A stretch of DNA of 64,000 bases, taken from NCBI GenBank assembly GCA_964188305.1, contig OZ076897.1, one strand, 5' to 3'. Position 1 is the first letter of the stretch, and every line of letters starts with the position of its first letter. This DNA comes from Podarcis bocagei (taxonomy: Eukaryota). Under the pieces are notes generated by a model. It did not search any database. It was not told the origin of the DNA and saw nothing but the letters and a program-made list of their open reading frames with translations. A program made the translations under genes and the position numbers. This document shows positions 1 to 12,466 of the stretch, piece after piece.

Positions 1-399
1 CATTCTCTCTCCCCTGCGCCTCCACATACATTGCTTGCTTTTACCAAAACATAATAGTTTGTTTTTATTTTGTAGTTTGTGTTTCTTTACGCTGTTCAGA
101 ATGAATACCTGCCACTGCAATGAATATTGCTCCAATCTACCATAAAACTAGGTGGCCAAGATATGGCCTATGTCATTTCATGCTGGACCTGCCATTTTAT
201 CAGGGATAATATTTTTCCCCGCCAGACCCTGAGATGAATTTTAACAGAGCCCAAATGAAAATTCAGTGATCAAGGACAGCTTCTCCTGTAGCTGCAGAAA
301 CTGAACAAAGAGTTCTGAGTCCACCACCATCTCATGTTGAGGTCTATATTTTTGTAATTCACTGAGAGGTTTTCTTACAATCAAATAGTATATACATTT

Positions 400-400
400 T

Positions 401-471
<71 letters not shown>
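400..471. repeat. (TG)n(CG)n(CA)n compound microsatellite, self-complementary
   Basis: Read directly: gtgtgt...gcgcgcgcgc acacac... Confidence 0.95.
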
Positions 472-472
<1 letters not shown>

Positions 473-604
473 AGGTACAATGCAAGGTGTATCTCAACAG
501 AAACCAGTATTTCATCCTACTATGTCCTTGGGGCATTAAGAAGATTAGGGTAGCCTTTTAGGCATCTTCTGGAAGGAAGAGAACTGGGAACTGATGATGT
601 GTGT

Positions 605-676
605 AAAATAAAATAATAAAAATAAAAATAAATAAATAAAATAGAATAAAATAGAATAAAATAAAATAAATAAAAT
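605..676. repeat. (AAAAT)n-type simple repeat
   Basis: Read directly. Confidence 0.9.
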
Positions 677-689
677 GCATGGGCTGTGT

Positions 690-1040
690 AAAGGCAAAGG
701 GACCCCTGACCATTAGGTCCAGTCGTGGCCGACTCTGGGGTTACGGCGCTCATCTCGCTTTATTGGCCGAGGGAGCCGGCATACAGTTTACGGATCATGT
801 GGCCAGCATGACTAAGCCACTTTTGGCGAACCAGAGCAGCGCATGGAAACGCCGTTTACCTTCCCGCTGGAGCCGTACCGATTTATCTACTTGCACTTTG
901 ATGTGCTTTCGAACTGCTAGGTTGGCAAGAGCAGGGACTGAGCAACGGGAGCTCACCCTGTCGCGGGGATTCGAACCACCGACCTTCTAATCGGCAAGTC
1001 CTAGGGTCTGTGGTTTAACCCACAGCGCCACCCACGTCCC
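690..1040 (-). mobile_element. Sauria SINE (Squam1), full length
   Basis: Minus strand starts GGGACGTGGGTGGCGCTGTGGGTTAAACC (A box) with B box GGTTCGAATCCC. It carries the Sauria core GCCAACCTAGCAGTTCGAAAGCAC...GGGAAGGTAAACGGCG and a BovB-like 3' end with an (A/G)CCTTT tail. Confidence 0.9.
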
Positions 1041-2660
1041 TAGGAACCTTAGGAGCACATGATGTAGGGAAATGTTGTCCTCCTAAAGCAATAGCAAAAT
1101 GCAGTCTATTTCTCTGGTATAATGTCTGATATTCACCTCTCCTTACATACAGACAATCTAGCAAGAGTAACTGTAGGTGCCGGACCATCAGGGAGGCTGA
1201 AGGAGAGCCATGGCCATTCCCTGGTATTTCCCCTTTGCTTCTTCTGCTGCTGCTACCAGGGGAGAGAACCATCCAGCCTGGTGAGAAAGCACCTCCCCCC
1301 CAAAAAACAACAACTCTATTTCAACAGGGCCTAAATCTTGCTACCTTTATTTTCTCTCTGCCCATGAATATTGATCTCATTTTGGGGTTTTTTACTGCTA
1401 TGTATTAGTTAAACGTGGATTGTAGTATTTAACTGTAACCTGTTAAGTATGCTGTTGCGAGCTTACTGTACTTATATTTCCAAAGCCCTGTATTTTTGTG
1501 TTTTGAACGTTTGCTGTAAGCCACTTTGGGCACAGCTCACTGTGGAAAAGCAGCATATAAGTAAATCAACCAACCAACATCCAGCACATTCCCTGCTGGG
1601 CAAAGGGGTTCCACTCCTCCATCCTGCACATGAATAGGATTTCCTTTCTCAGCGCTTGAGGCTGCCAATGCCAATGCCCCCCCCCAGCGCCCCTTGGCTC
1701 CCCACGAGGGCACCTGCCATTCCAGCCACTTCTCACTCCAAAGAGCAGGACTCTCGTTTCTCAACAGTTTATACAAGAAAAACAGCACAGTTGCTTCATA
1801 TTCCCCCCTATATTTTGCTGGTTTTCTAAAAGCTTTACAAAAATAAAATGACCTTTAAATATTGACAGAGTTTGTCATGCTGGTAATTAAATGTTGATGT
1901 ATTCTAGAATATTAGTAATTAGGGTAATTTGTTTGTTGAGGGGCCTCGGTTTGTTCAGCACTACACAAAAAGGGGAAGCATTCATTACATATTTCAATGT
2001 TAATGATGTTTATAAAAAACAAACATAGGAGGAAGCATCTCTTCACAGACTTGTTTCTATTACAGCTTGGACCAAGTTCAGTCGCCGTTAAATGGAGCTT
2101 GCGTTTTTATAGCTCAAATTTGTTCTGGCTGCTGAGCCCCAGGAATCATCTAGTTCATCCAAATAATAAAAAATCGTGCAAATCAAAACGAGGATGTTTC
2201 ACGGGGTTTCCATAGAAATGTCATGCTTTGGGGAAACAGATAGTCTTGCTGCATTAATAAGGTTGGTTATAATAAAGCTGTTTGAATTGCACATTCAGAA
2301 ATCTCAATGAAGCCTGCATTTCGATAGAAAAATCTGCAAGTTGAATCAGAAGATTTTTTTTTTAAAAAACAGCCCACTCAATTTAGTCTGTGTTCCAGTT
2401 TCAGTGTTGAGGCTTTTTCAGCAGTCCAGTGAAGTATTTGCAACCAGTTAACTCTGCAGCTACCAAATAAAGCATCTGAAATTCTTGCGGTTCCCGGGAC
2501 AAGGATGTTTGCTGTCCATTGCTCCAAGTAGCTAGGTTCACCAGTTATTTCTAGTAGCCTCAATCCTGTGCCAATAACAGCAGTCTGGTTTGCAAAAATA
2601 ATAAAATAAGCAGGTGAAGAGAGGAACCATTAAAGCGTGTTGTCCTTCATGGAGAGCACG

Positions 2661-3480
2661 TGTTGCGGTGGGGTCTGCTGAGCCACCCCTCTGTTACCAG
2701 GCAGGGTCTCTAAAGATGGCCTGGGGCAGTGATTGGTTCACTGGGTTGCTGGGGTAAAAGTTATGTTGCAATTTTGGTGGGAGGGGTAAAATTTTTAAGT
2801 ACTCTGCACACAGCCTGGAGCTTTCTCTTTGCTGCGTGCAACGGATCACCCACCCACCCGCCCTTAAGTAAGGGGTTGTTGCATTGACCTTGCTATGCCT
2901 GTCATGGGGTCGTCTGCCGTTGGGGCAGGGGCCTGGTAGGAATTTTGTCCATCTGGCTGATTGGCTGGGCCATTTGGTTTTTGCCTACTGTGTAGCAAAT
3001 CGTCACAACTTGTAAGCTTGCGGTTAGGCATTGGTTATAAATTGGTGGAGGAGGGGTTAGGATAGGCTGGGCCTGCCCCTCCATGGAGGGGTTAGGATAG
3101 GCTGGGCCTGCCCCTCCATGGTTGCTGCGGAAAGGGAATTCCGTTAAAGGAATCCTGGGGCTTGCCATCTTTTCGTTCAATCCCTGGAATGGGACTAGGG
3201 CCGGCAAGCCTTCGGGGAGCAGGCGGATGAGAACTGAGGGTCTGTGACTCAGCTCCATTTCTCCCCGACTTGCTTTCCCCCGCACTGTCTTTCGGTGGTG
3301 CCCGGAAGTCAGTTCTGTCCCCAGGCGGGGGGACAGATAGTCTTAACCAATGCCTAAACAACCACTCATGGTTTTGTATTTAAATAAAGTTGTGGCCAAA
3401 ATTATGCCAAAAACCTTAAACAAAAATTAAGTGTGCGTTGTGAGTTATTTGGGGGGTGGCTTGGGGACCTCGACACGCAA
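2661..3480 (+). mobile_element. LTR-like or DIRS/Ngaro-like terminal repeat fragment
   Basis: GC/CpG-richer block with short inverted ends TGTTGCG...CGCAA, AATAAAGTTGTGGCC near 3383 (also seen near 15157) and an internal 35-bp tandem duplication. No clear TSD. Confidence 0.5.
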
Positions 3481-4049
3481 TGAGTACCCTTTGGGTACAT
3501 ATTTCTGCTCACCTCCATGGTGCATGTATAAGAGCACAAAGGGAAAATAAAGTATCTGTATCTTTATATCAGAGGTTCTGGAATAACATGGAATTGCATA
3601 CGTATTGTGTCATATTTCTTAGGTGAAAGCCTCCTGCCACCTGATCTCTGTGAAAACCAGGAAACAGAAGCAGGGGGTGGGGGCAAGAAGGTTGAAATGA
3701 TGCAAATGCAACAGCAGCAGTGCTGGGTGGGTTCAACCAGAGCATTTGCACGAGGCTGACATTCCTTCTGCCCCCCCCTTCCCACCTCCCAGTAGAATTC
3801 AACATAGGACTATGCATGGGACGAAAAGAGATGAACAGAGAGGTATTATTACTTCCCTTGATCTGGACACTAAACTTCGGCTGATGCAGCTTAGAATAGC
3901 ATTAGCCTTTTTTGCTGATGTTTGTGGTCTAGTGCAGTTGAAAAGATTTATGTATGTACGGCTGCTTTATATCCTGCTTATAATCCAACTGGATTCTCAA
4001 AATGCATCATCATAAAGCCACAGGAAAAAGAACTTGGGTTCAAACTGTT

Positions 4050-4225
4050 GGTGAGTGGGAACTTGGGGTCATAATGGATTGCTTGATGAAGATGTCACCA
4101 GCTGTGAAAAATGCAAAATCCATGCTAGGGATTGTTAGGAAAGGAACTGAAAATAAAATTGCCAATATCATAATGTCGTTAAACAGATGAAAGAGGATGG
4201 AGCGACTCTCCTATGAAGAGAGGTG
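4050..4225 (+). mobile_element. Old CR1 ORF2 fragment
   Basis: Encodes ELGVIMD...AVKNAKSMLGIVRKGTENKIANII, the CR1 C-terminal pattern. Confidence 0.6.
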
Positions 4226-4304
4226 AACTGAGTAGAGCACTAAATAAATGCCTGTCATAAATATAAACCTCTATTTCTTTCTATCTATCTATATCTATCT
4301 GTCT

Positions 4305-5376
4305 ATCTATTCTGCTTCATTGACTATGCAAAAGCCTTTGACTGTGTCGACCACAACAAACTATGGCAAGTTCTTAAAGAACTGATCACCTCATCTGTCT
4401 CCTGGGAAATCTCTATGTGGGACAAGAAGCTACAGTTAGAACTGGATATGGAACAACTGATTGGTTCAAAATTGGGAAAGGAGTACGACAAGGCTGTATA
4501 TTGTCTCCCTGCTTATTTAACTTATACGCAGAATTCATCATGCGAAAGGCTGGGCTGGATGAATCCCAAGCCGGAATTAAGATTGCCGGAAGAAATATCA
4601 ACAACCTCAGATATGAAGATGACACAACCTTGATGGCAGAAAGCGAGGAGGAATTAAAGAACCTTTTAATGAGGGTGAAAGAGGAGAGCGCAAAATATGG
4701 TCTGAAGCTCAACATCAAAAAAAACAAAGATCATGGCCACTGGTCCCATCATCTCCTGGCAAATAGAAGGGGAAGAAATGGAGGCAGTGAGAGATTTTAT
4801 TTTCTTGGGCCCCATGATCACTGCAGATGGTGACAGCAGTCACGAAATTAAAAGACGTCTGCTTCTTGGGAGAAAAGCAATGACAAACCTAAACAGCATC
4901 TTAAAAAGCAGAGACATCACCTTGCCGACAAAGGTCTGTATAGTTAAAGCTATGGTTTTCCCAGTAATGATGTATGGAAGTGAGAGCTGGACCATAAAGA
5001 AGGCTGATCGCTGAAGAATGGATGCTTTTGAATTATGGTGCTGGAAGAGACTCTTGAGAGTCCCATGGACTGCAAGAAGATCAAACCTATCCATTCTTAA
5101 GGAAATCAGCCCTGAATGCTCACTGGAAGGACAGATCGTGAAGCTGAGGCTCCAATACTTTGGCCACCTCATAAGAAGAGAAGACTCCCTGGAAAAGACC
5201 CTGATGTTGGGAAAGATGGAGGGCACAAGGAGAAGGGGACGACAGAGGACAAGATGGATGGATAGTGTTCTTGAAGCTACCAACATGAGTTTGACTAAAC
5301 TGCGGGAGCCAGTGGAAGACAGAAGTGCCTGGCGTGCTCTGGTCCATGGGGTCACGAAGAGGCGGACACGACTAAA
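4305..5376 (+). mobile_element. RTE-BovB LINE, 5'-truncated, with inactivating lesions
   Basis: RT motifs FIDYAKAFD, GVRQGCILSPCLFNLY and YEDD (YADD mutated), then RIDAFELWCWKR...WRALVHGVTK. Frameshift in the A-run near 4717-4725 and a stop near 5012. The 3' end runs into the gap. Confidence 0.93.
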
Positions 5377-5576
5377 NNNNNNNNNNNNNNNNNNNNNNNN
5401 NNNNNNNNNNNNNNNNNNNNNNNNNNNNNNNNNNNNNNNNNNNNNNNNNNNNNNNNNNNNNNNNNNNNNNNNNNNNNNNNNNNNNNNNNNNNNNNNNNNN
5501 NNNNNNNNNNNNNNNNNNNNNNNNNNNNNNNNNNNNNNNNNNNNNNNNNNNNNNNNNNNNNNNNNNNNNNNNNNNN
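5377..5576. other. Assembly gap (200 N)
   Basis: Run of N. Confidence 1.
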
Positions 5577-5620
5577 TATCATATATCATCTATCGTCTAT
5601 CATCTATCTATCTATCTATC

Positions 5621-5662
<42 letters not shown>

Positions 5663-5683
5663 ATCTATATCTACCTATCTATC
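5577..5683. repeat. (TCTA)n microsatellite; a similar tract lies at 4270-4310
   Basis: Read directly. Confidence 0.93.
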
Positions 5684-7989
5684 GTGATGTCACAATGTTG
5701 TTGTTATTGCAGTTGGTATCAACGGCATAACAGCAACATCAATTTAGTGCTTAAAACATTATACTAATTACTAAAGTAAAGCAGGCTGATCCTGTAGGGA
5801 ATACATGATATCCCTCGGGAACCTGGGGAAATAGTAAATTTTGTTTCCCAGCACTTGATCATACACCCAAATAGATACCAAAAGCAAGCTGCCTCTATTA
5901 TGCCTGTAGCTCTGCAAGAACTGCACTGCTGTGAGAAGGTGAAGACTGCATTTGTCCGTGGCTGCTTTGTTTAGTTTTTAAAAACCAACAGGCAGATGTT
6001 AGCACTATAAACCGAGTGTCAGGAAAACCTGCTGGCCAAGCGCATGGCACTGGGGAGCAATGCAAGACCTGGGGCTAAATTATTTAACTTGTGTGGAGCT
6101 GAGCAATGTCTTCACAGAGGATATAAAGGCAGCCTCATGAAGGAGCTCAAGCTCTGTGCAGGGAATCCAAGGCTTTCCCTCTCTTTGCACAATCCATCAC
6201 ACAAACAACGTGGCAAACAAAGCAGGAAGACAAGCCCTGGACCAAATTAGAAGAAAACCTTCGGAACATTTCACTAACTGAGTTCTATTAAAGCTTCTGG
6301 TGATCAACAGTTAATTATTTGGTAATAAAACCAAGCAACATAAATATGGAATATATATATTCCATGACAATAAAACCTGTTTGTTGCAAAGGGCTATGAA
6401 CCTGCCATGCAACTGAGAGAAAAAAGTGTGAAGGAAAGAATTTTGGGGTCATTGCCAATCGCAGTATTGTTACTAGGGGGTGGTTATATATTGGTAACAT
6501 CTAGGGAGGAATCAGTCTATTTCAGGTCCATGTGCATTGTGTCACATTGCCACATCAAGTACTTATATTTTATATTTAAAAGCCTATACAAGAATTTGTA
6601 TACTGTATGTATTTTCTCACAAAATAGGCATGTCTAAGCTTATTTTCTCTCACATATGCATTTGTAAACATATTTTCTCATTAAGTATACATTTTAATTT
6701 GTTTTTTCAGTGGAGAACTGACTCACAAAATTTTGAAAAGTACAAGATCCAAAGGGCAGCTGTCTTAGTCCAGGAGTTACAGATCAGATGGCTGCAGAGT
6801 GGGATTTGCACAGAACAAATTCCTCAGGCATCCCTAATAATACCTGCAGGAGGTGACAATTCATGGTTGCACCTGACTGTGCAGACAAAGTTGTAATCCA
6901 GCAAGTTGATTAAAATTCATTTAGACTCCAGATTGTTTCTTTCTGCAGATTGCCAACACCAGTCCATCGTAAAGACTAAAAGCGGTGTATCTCTTCCCAT
7001 CTCTGCCAGTCTCTGCAGTTGGGCCCCCGGAATAAAGTCTTCCAGGACCATGTTGGGGGCAGACCAAGTACCCGCCACACACATCCCAAATGGGAAGGAA
7101 GTCTGCCCACTTGGGGCTTGCATGTTTATTTGAATTCTGATTCGGTCAAAAACAAGTGGATTTTAAACAATACAGTTCTATATAATAATGTTATATATGG
7201 TATGTCAAAATATGGGGAAAGGTTATGAGCCCAGCAGGTCTTTGGAGCTGGTGGTTTGGAGGACTGCTGTGTGAGACTCTCTACATTCTGCCCTTCATTC
7301 AGTGCTGCTGCTGATGAGAGGGAGAGCTTAGTCAGGTAGCAATTTTTTATATTGGGTCACTTGCACAAGCAAAATGTAAAAAAGTTTGTATTTTGCAAAA
7401 TACTATTTTAAATCTATATTGACTTGCTTGTGAACTATATCTGGAAAAGAGCTGATGGGAACATTTATATTTCGCATGCAGGAGTTTATATTTGATTAAT
7501 CCATTTTCCTCCTGGACATTCTGTGGTAGACTCCAAAGTAGCCTTAGAACATATCAGCAACTTCAGACAATCTTTGCAAACTAAGGGAGGTCATTCAATT
7601 AAGGTTGCCAAGGTCGTTTTGGTCTTTCCTGAAGATGCAGCGTTGTTTTTGAGTACCTGTGATCAATATATTTGACACGTTTAACATTTCAAAAGTGCAC
7701 CTAAAAAATTGTGTATTTTGAGTTCATTTTGGTTTATAAGCATTTTTCTCTTCACTTGCCCTTCTGGATAGCTACCATATCCAGTATCCTTAAAAATGCA
7801 TCATTCTCCCCAAATGTTAAGAATTTTATGTTGTAAACCATCCTGTGATCTTTGGACGAAGGGCGGTATATAAAATAAATAAATAAGGTTTTTGTTAGGT
7901 CCCGTTAAACACATCCATTGTAACATTTGCTTGCATCCATCTCATAAGGACTGATACTTTTAATTTCAGTTCCAGTGCTTGACTTTGCT

Positions 7990-8445
7990 GTAATTCTGGC
8001 CCAACTGCACTGGGTGTCAATTAGCAGCCCAATCTGGAGTGCTGGTTTTGACCTATTAAGCCTTATGCTGTTCATGATCACAATACATCAAGGACCGCCT
8101 CAGATCCTGTGCTCATCATCCATAAGAAGTCTGGAGGGTGGCAAGGCGAGGACGGGCCTTTTCTGCAGTGGCTCCCCATTTGCTTTCCTCGGGGAGGTTT
8201 GGCTGGTGCCTTCATTACATGTCTTTAGGCGCTAGGCAAAAGCATTCCACTTTACCCCGGCCATTGGCCATTAAATAATCTATGGTCTGTTAGAGCTGGC
8301 AGAGGACAATGACTGTTATGATTATTATTTTATTATGCTATTATTATGTTTTTATGGTTGTGCTCTGTAAAATGTGTTCTGATTGTTATACACCACCTGA
8401 GATCTTTTGATAAAGGGAAGCATATAAATCAAATAAATAAGAATA
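7990..8445 (+). mobile_element. Decayed L2 LINE 3' fragment; another L2-type tail at about 7825-7886
   Basis: LAQLHW...VLVLTY-like sequence, GGGCCTTTTCTGCAGTGGCTCCCC motif and a tail ending in (AAAT)n. Confidence 0.65.
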
Positions 8446-8772
8446 GATAAAGAAAGAAGTTTGCTGTGACTGCATTGCGTGCTGCAATTCTTATCTCATA
8501 GAATCACAGAACTGCAGTTGGAAGGGACCCTGAGAGTCATCTGCTCCAGCCCTCTTGGTTTGTCTGGGCATCAGCCAACCCATTTCCTGGGCCACCCACC
8601 CAGCTACATTCTAATATAGATCAGGAGTTTCTCAAAGTGGGAGAGGGACCTCCTGTTCTCTCTGCTCACTCTTCCTCTCTCACTCCCACAAAACCACCCA
8701 CCAATTCTCATTGCAGAGGTAGGAAGCCAGTTGTCAATGAGAATAAAAGCATTTGTGATTAGAACTCAGACA

Positions 8773-9014
8773 CAGTGGCACCTTGGTTTACAACCATAAT
8801 CCATTCCGGAGGTCCGTTTGTAAACCAAAACAGGTTGTAACCCAAGGCGTGCTTTCGCCAATGAGGCCTCCCAAATTTTTTTGTTCGTAATCCCCAAAAA
8901 ACTGGCTTGTTATCCAAAAAAAGTTTGCAAACCAGGACACGCACTTCCAGGTTTGACGTGTTTGTAATCCAAAACATATGCAAATTGAGATGTATGCAAA
9001 CCAAGGTACCTCTG
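8773..9014. mobile_element. Tc1/mariner (Tigger-like) MITE, decayed
   Basis: Imperfect TIRs CAGTGGCACCTTGGTTT ... AAACCAAGGTACCTCTG. Same family style as 53992-54200. Confidence 0.75.
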
Positions 9015-10719
9015 AATATGGTTTAAAAATAACCTGCTCACTTCAAATTTCTCTTCTGAAAATTTTCAGCTCAGTTAATACTGAACTGTTTGCTTATCTG
9101 ACGAATGAAGAAAGCAAAAGGCTAAAAGACAAGGACTGGGAGGAGGAGGAGGAGGAGCTAACCCTTTTGAGGGTGGAGAGACACAGGAGATTCCACTGAA
9201 TATTCTCCCGAAGGGATTTGTATGTCATACACATATCCATCAGCACTCCTGTTCGTCCAGTTGCCTAGCAGACCAAATATGTCATATATTTCCAGGTCCT
9301 TTGGACAATGAGCTCTGCCTCCTTGGTAGGTCCCACACATCTTAAGAATAGTTGTCCAATGTGACAATGAAAAAAGATTTATAAAAGTTTTTCAATCTGC
9401 AGTAGCTGAGGCAGCTAATGGATACAGCGGTTCTTGCATAAGAATACAGAGCATGGCGAGTAGAAATGCTGAACACAAAGCTGCCTTTCTTTCTTTCTTT
9501 TTTACTATTCCGCAGTTGTTTCACGGGAGCCTGATGGGAACTGAAATCTAAATGTCTTAGTAGCCACTGAAGTAATTTGCCAACCTTAGCACTTACCCTT
9601 TTCAGGACTTGCAAGGCAGGCAGCTGAACATCCATCTCTTGCCTAGTGGGGCAGCCTTGGTGGGATTTTTATTTCCGCTGCCTCCCGCGCAGGCCCTTGA
9701 ATGACTTGCACCTGGAATTTGCTTCCTAAGAATGGTGGGGCTCTTTATTCCTAGGTATTCAGCTGCATGCTTTTAAAACATAAACATTTGTACTGGAGCT
9801 ATTTTTCCAGGCATTATTTTTAGGATTTCAGAATTGTGTACTCTCCCACTTGTACATCTTCATCACAGCTAAAAACTTTTGCTGGCAACTGCCGTACCTT
9901 TATCACAAACCTACTTCTGAATGTATTTTAAATAAAATGAAAAGAAATATATATTTGTCCAAATGTGTTCCCAAACATATTTGGGCAAGAGAAGCACCGT
10001 CTGAAAGATGAGAACAAGGGAAAGGTGATACACTGTGTTGAGAGAATCTGAAACACTTCACTTGAAATAGAGCCCCCAAAGTACTATCTAACCTCAAAGC
10101 TACACTGGTTGTTTCATGTTGTGAACTGTTTTATAGTGTTTGGATAAAGGGTGGTATGCAAATTTAATTAATTAATTAATTAATAATAAAAATATAAATA
10201 TTAATACTGGTCCCCACTGTCTTAAGAGAAGGAACCATGTGATTGTGATAGCAGCCATCACATCAAACTCCACCCTCAACTCCGTTGGTGCAGAGAGACG
10301 TGAATTAGGGATTAGTTGCAGGGTTGCTGAGGTCACAAACACACAGCTTCCCCCCAGGCAGTTGGGATGCCTTGGAACTTACAGATATCTAGCTGACAGT
10401 GCCATGAGAATGATCCAAGTTGAATGCGAGAACTAAAGAGAAGAGGAGAAAGAGGCAGAATTCTCAGGTAAGAGCACGGATGAGGCAATAGGTGGGGTGG
10501 GGAAGAGATATATGGCTGGTGGCTTAGTAACAATACACAGAACTTATCTATTGTCACGTCAAGAAGAAATAGCAAGGTGGTTCACAAACAAATAAAAACC
10601 AACAGCAAAACAAGAAGAATATAACCAATTATAAAACACACCTAGTCCTAATTAAAATAAACAGCAAAACAGCTCCATTAAAATATCCATAGTTAAAATG
10701 TATCATAAAAAGTCCATTC

Positions 10720-11450
10720 AAGCAGCATAACAGAGAAAACATTTAAAACAACAATCAGAGCAGGAGATTCAATTCAGGGAAATGCTTGCCTAAACAGGAG
10801 GGTCTCCAACTGTTGGCAGGAACCCAGTGCCAAGGGGACCTCCTGTTTTTCAGCAGAGAGAGCATTCCGCAACTCTGCTGCCACCAGTGAAGAAGTCTGC
10901 CTCTGTGTTCCCACAAGCCAATAATCACAAGGCCATAGGAAAACGATCTGGACATCATTTGTTGATCTTAATACCCACACTAGGCAGGGGAGGTGAAGAC
11001 AGCCAGTGCAAATCCCTTAGTGTGATGCAGTTAAGGTGCACCATTCACAAGGCTGTGGCATTCTGCAACAGCTGCAGCCTCTGGACCAGCCCCAAGGAAA
11101 GCCCCACACAGAGCATTCTACAATTGTCTAAACATGAGGTCACCCACACATGTGTCACATTAACCAAATTATCCCTGCCCAGGAAAGAGCTCAGCTGATG
11201 CACCCATCGCAAGTGGTGATAGGTGCACTTTGCCACTGAGGTCACTTGGGTCTCCATGGACAAAGATGATTCCAAGAGCACCCTTAAGCAGAGCACGTGT
11301 TCCTTTCAGAGGGAGAACAACCTCATCTAGACCAGGCCAGTTCCTCACTTCTTGGACCTGGGAACCACTCAACCACAGTGGATTCAGCTTCAATCTGTTC
11401 CTTGCCCATCCCACCACAGACAAAATCATGCCTTGCAGCACCCCACACCT
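10720..11450 (-). mobile_element. Decayed L2 LINE RT/C-terminal fragment
   Basis: Minus-strand remnants WARNRLKLNP, LSMETQVTSVAK and VTSCLDNC...VGLSLGLVQRLQLLQNATA parallel the L2 at 41.3-41.7 kb. Confidence 0.8.
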
Positions 11451-12466
11451 AAGCTTCCAGTGAGGTCAATCTGAGATGCGAGCAGATTAACTGTAAAACT
11501 CCAACTCCCAAACTTTGAAGATAGCTCAGGAGAATCCCACAGTCAATGCTAACAGCTGCTGAGAGAGCCTCATTTCCCCATCTCTCCTTCAAAAGACCCA
11601 TTCTCTGCCAAAACCATAACTAGAATGTTACATTTCCTCCAGAAGTGCTTGGACTGTTAGCACACTCTCAAGCTACAAAAGGGGATACTAGCGACCAGGC
11701 AGTAGTTTCCAAATTTCTCAGGATCCAAGAACAGCTTTTCAAGATCGGGTATGCCAACACCAAGGTGGTGGGGATGAACCCACCTATGCCCACCCATGAT
11801 ATGAACTCATGCAGCCATTTATGAATGTGTCCCTGAGAGATCATGTGTTTAGTGGGCAGAGGCTGGGTGGGCAGCTTGTGAATGAGTGATATTCCCCTTT
11901 GCCTTCCAAATACTACATTCGTCCAGTTTCTTGGCTTTACAGAGACTCACGGTTTTAAAAACTGTGGCAATAGCAAAGCAACATCCTATCAAAGCAAGTG
12001 CCATTCTCCGACACCATTCTAGGACACCACTAAAGTCACCAAATTGTAGAAGTTATTTATGACAATATTTTTCTACTGGACAACATCTTTCTACCGAGTC
12101 ATCTGAATGCCTCTAGTAGAAACATCTGCTGGTGATTTGTCCCCTAAGGTTACCCAGCACCCATCTTGCCTCATCCCGTGGTCTGGCCCCACCCCGTCTA
12201 GACATTGCCATCTATTTGTCAAATAGTTGTAGAAATAACACGAAGGTGAAATGCCACACACTTTTTCAAATCCTATGTCTACCGGAAGGTAAAGCATTCA
12301 ACATTCAGGAGGAGGAGAGGATGGAGAAACTCCCGTAAGATCAGATACTCATTACTCCACATAAATGTCATACCGATTACAGTGGTTCCATATCTAGCCG
12401 TAAGAGAGAAGGAGGCCTGCCATCTGGGTCACAAGGACAAGTTGTAGCTCTGGGCACCAGCTATTA

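Noticed and set aside
940-1040. tRNA-like A and B boxes (also at about 51640-51708 and 58290-58344)
   Set aside because: These are SINE heads, with no complete cloverleaf.
4840-5767. 249-aa ORFs spanning X runs
   Set aside because: Artefacts of translating through the N gap and the TCTA repeat; the real part is BovB.
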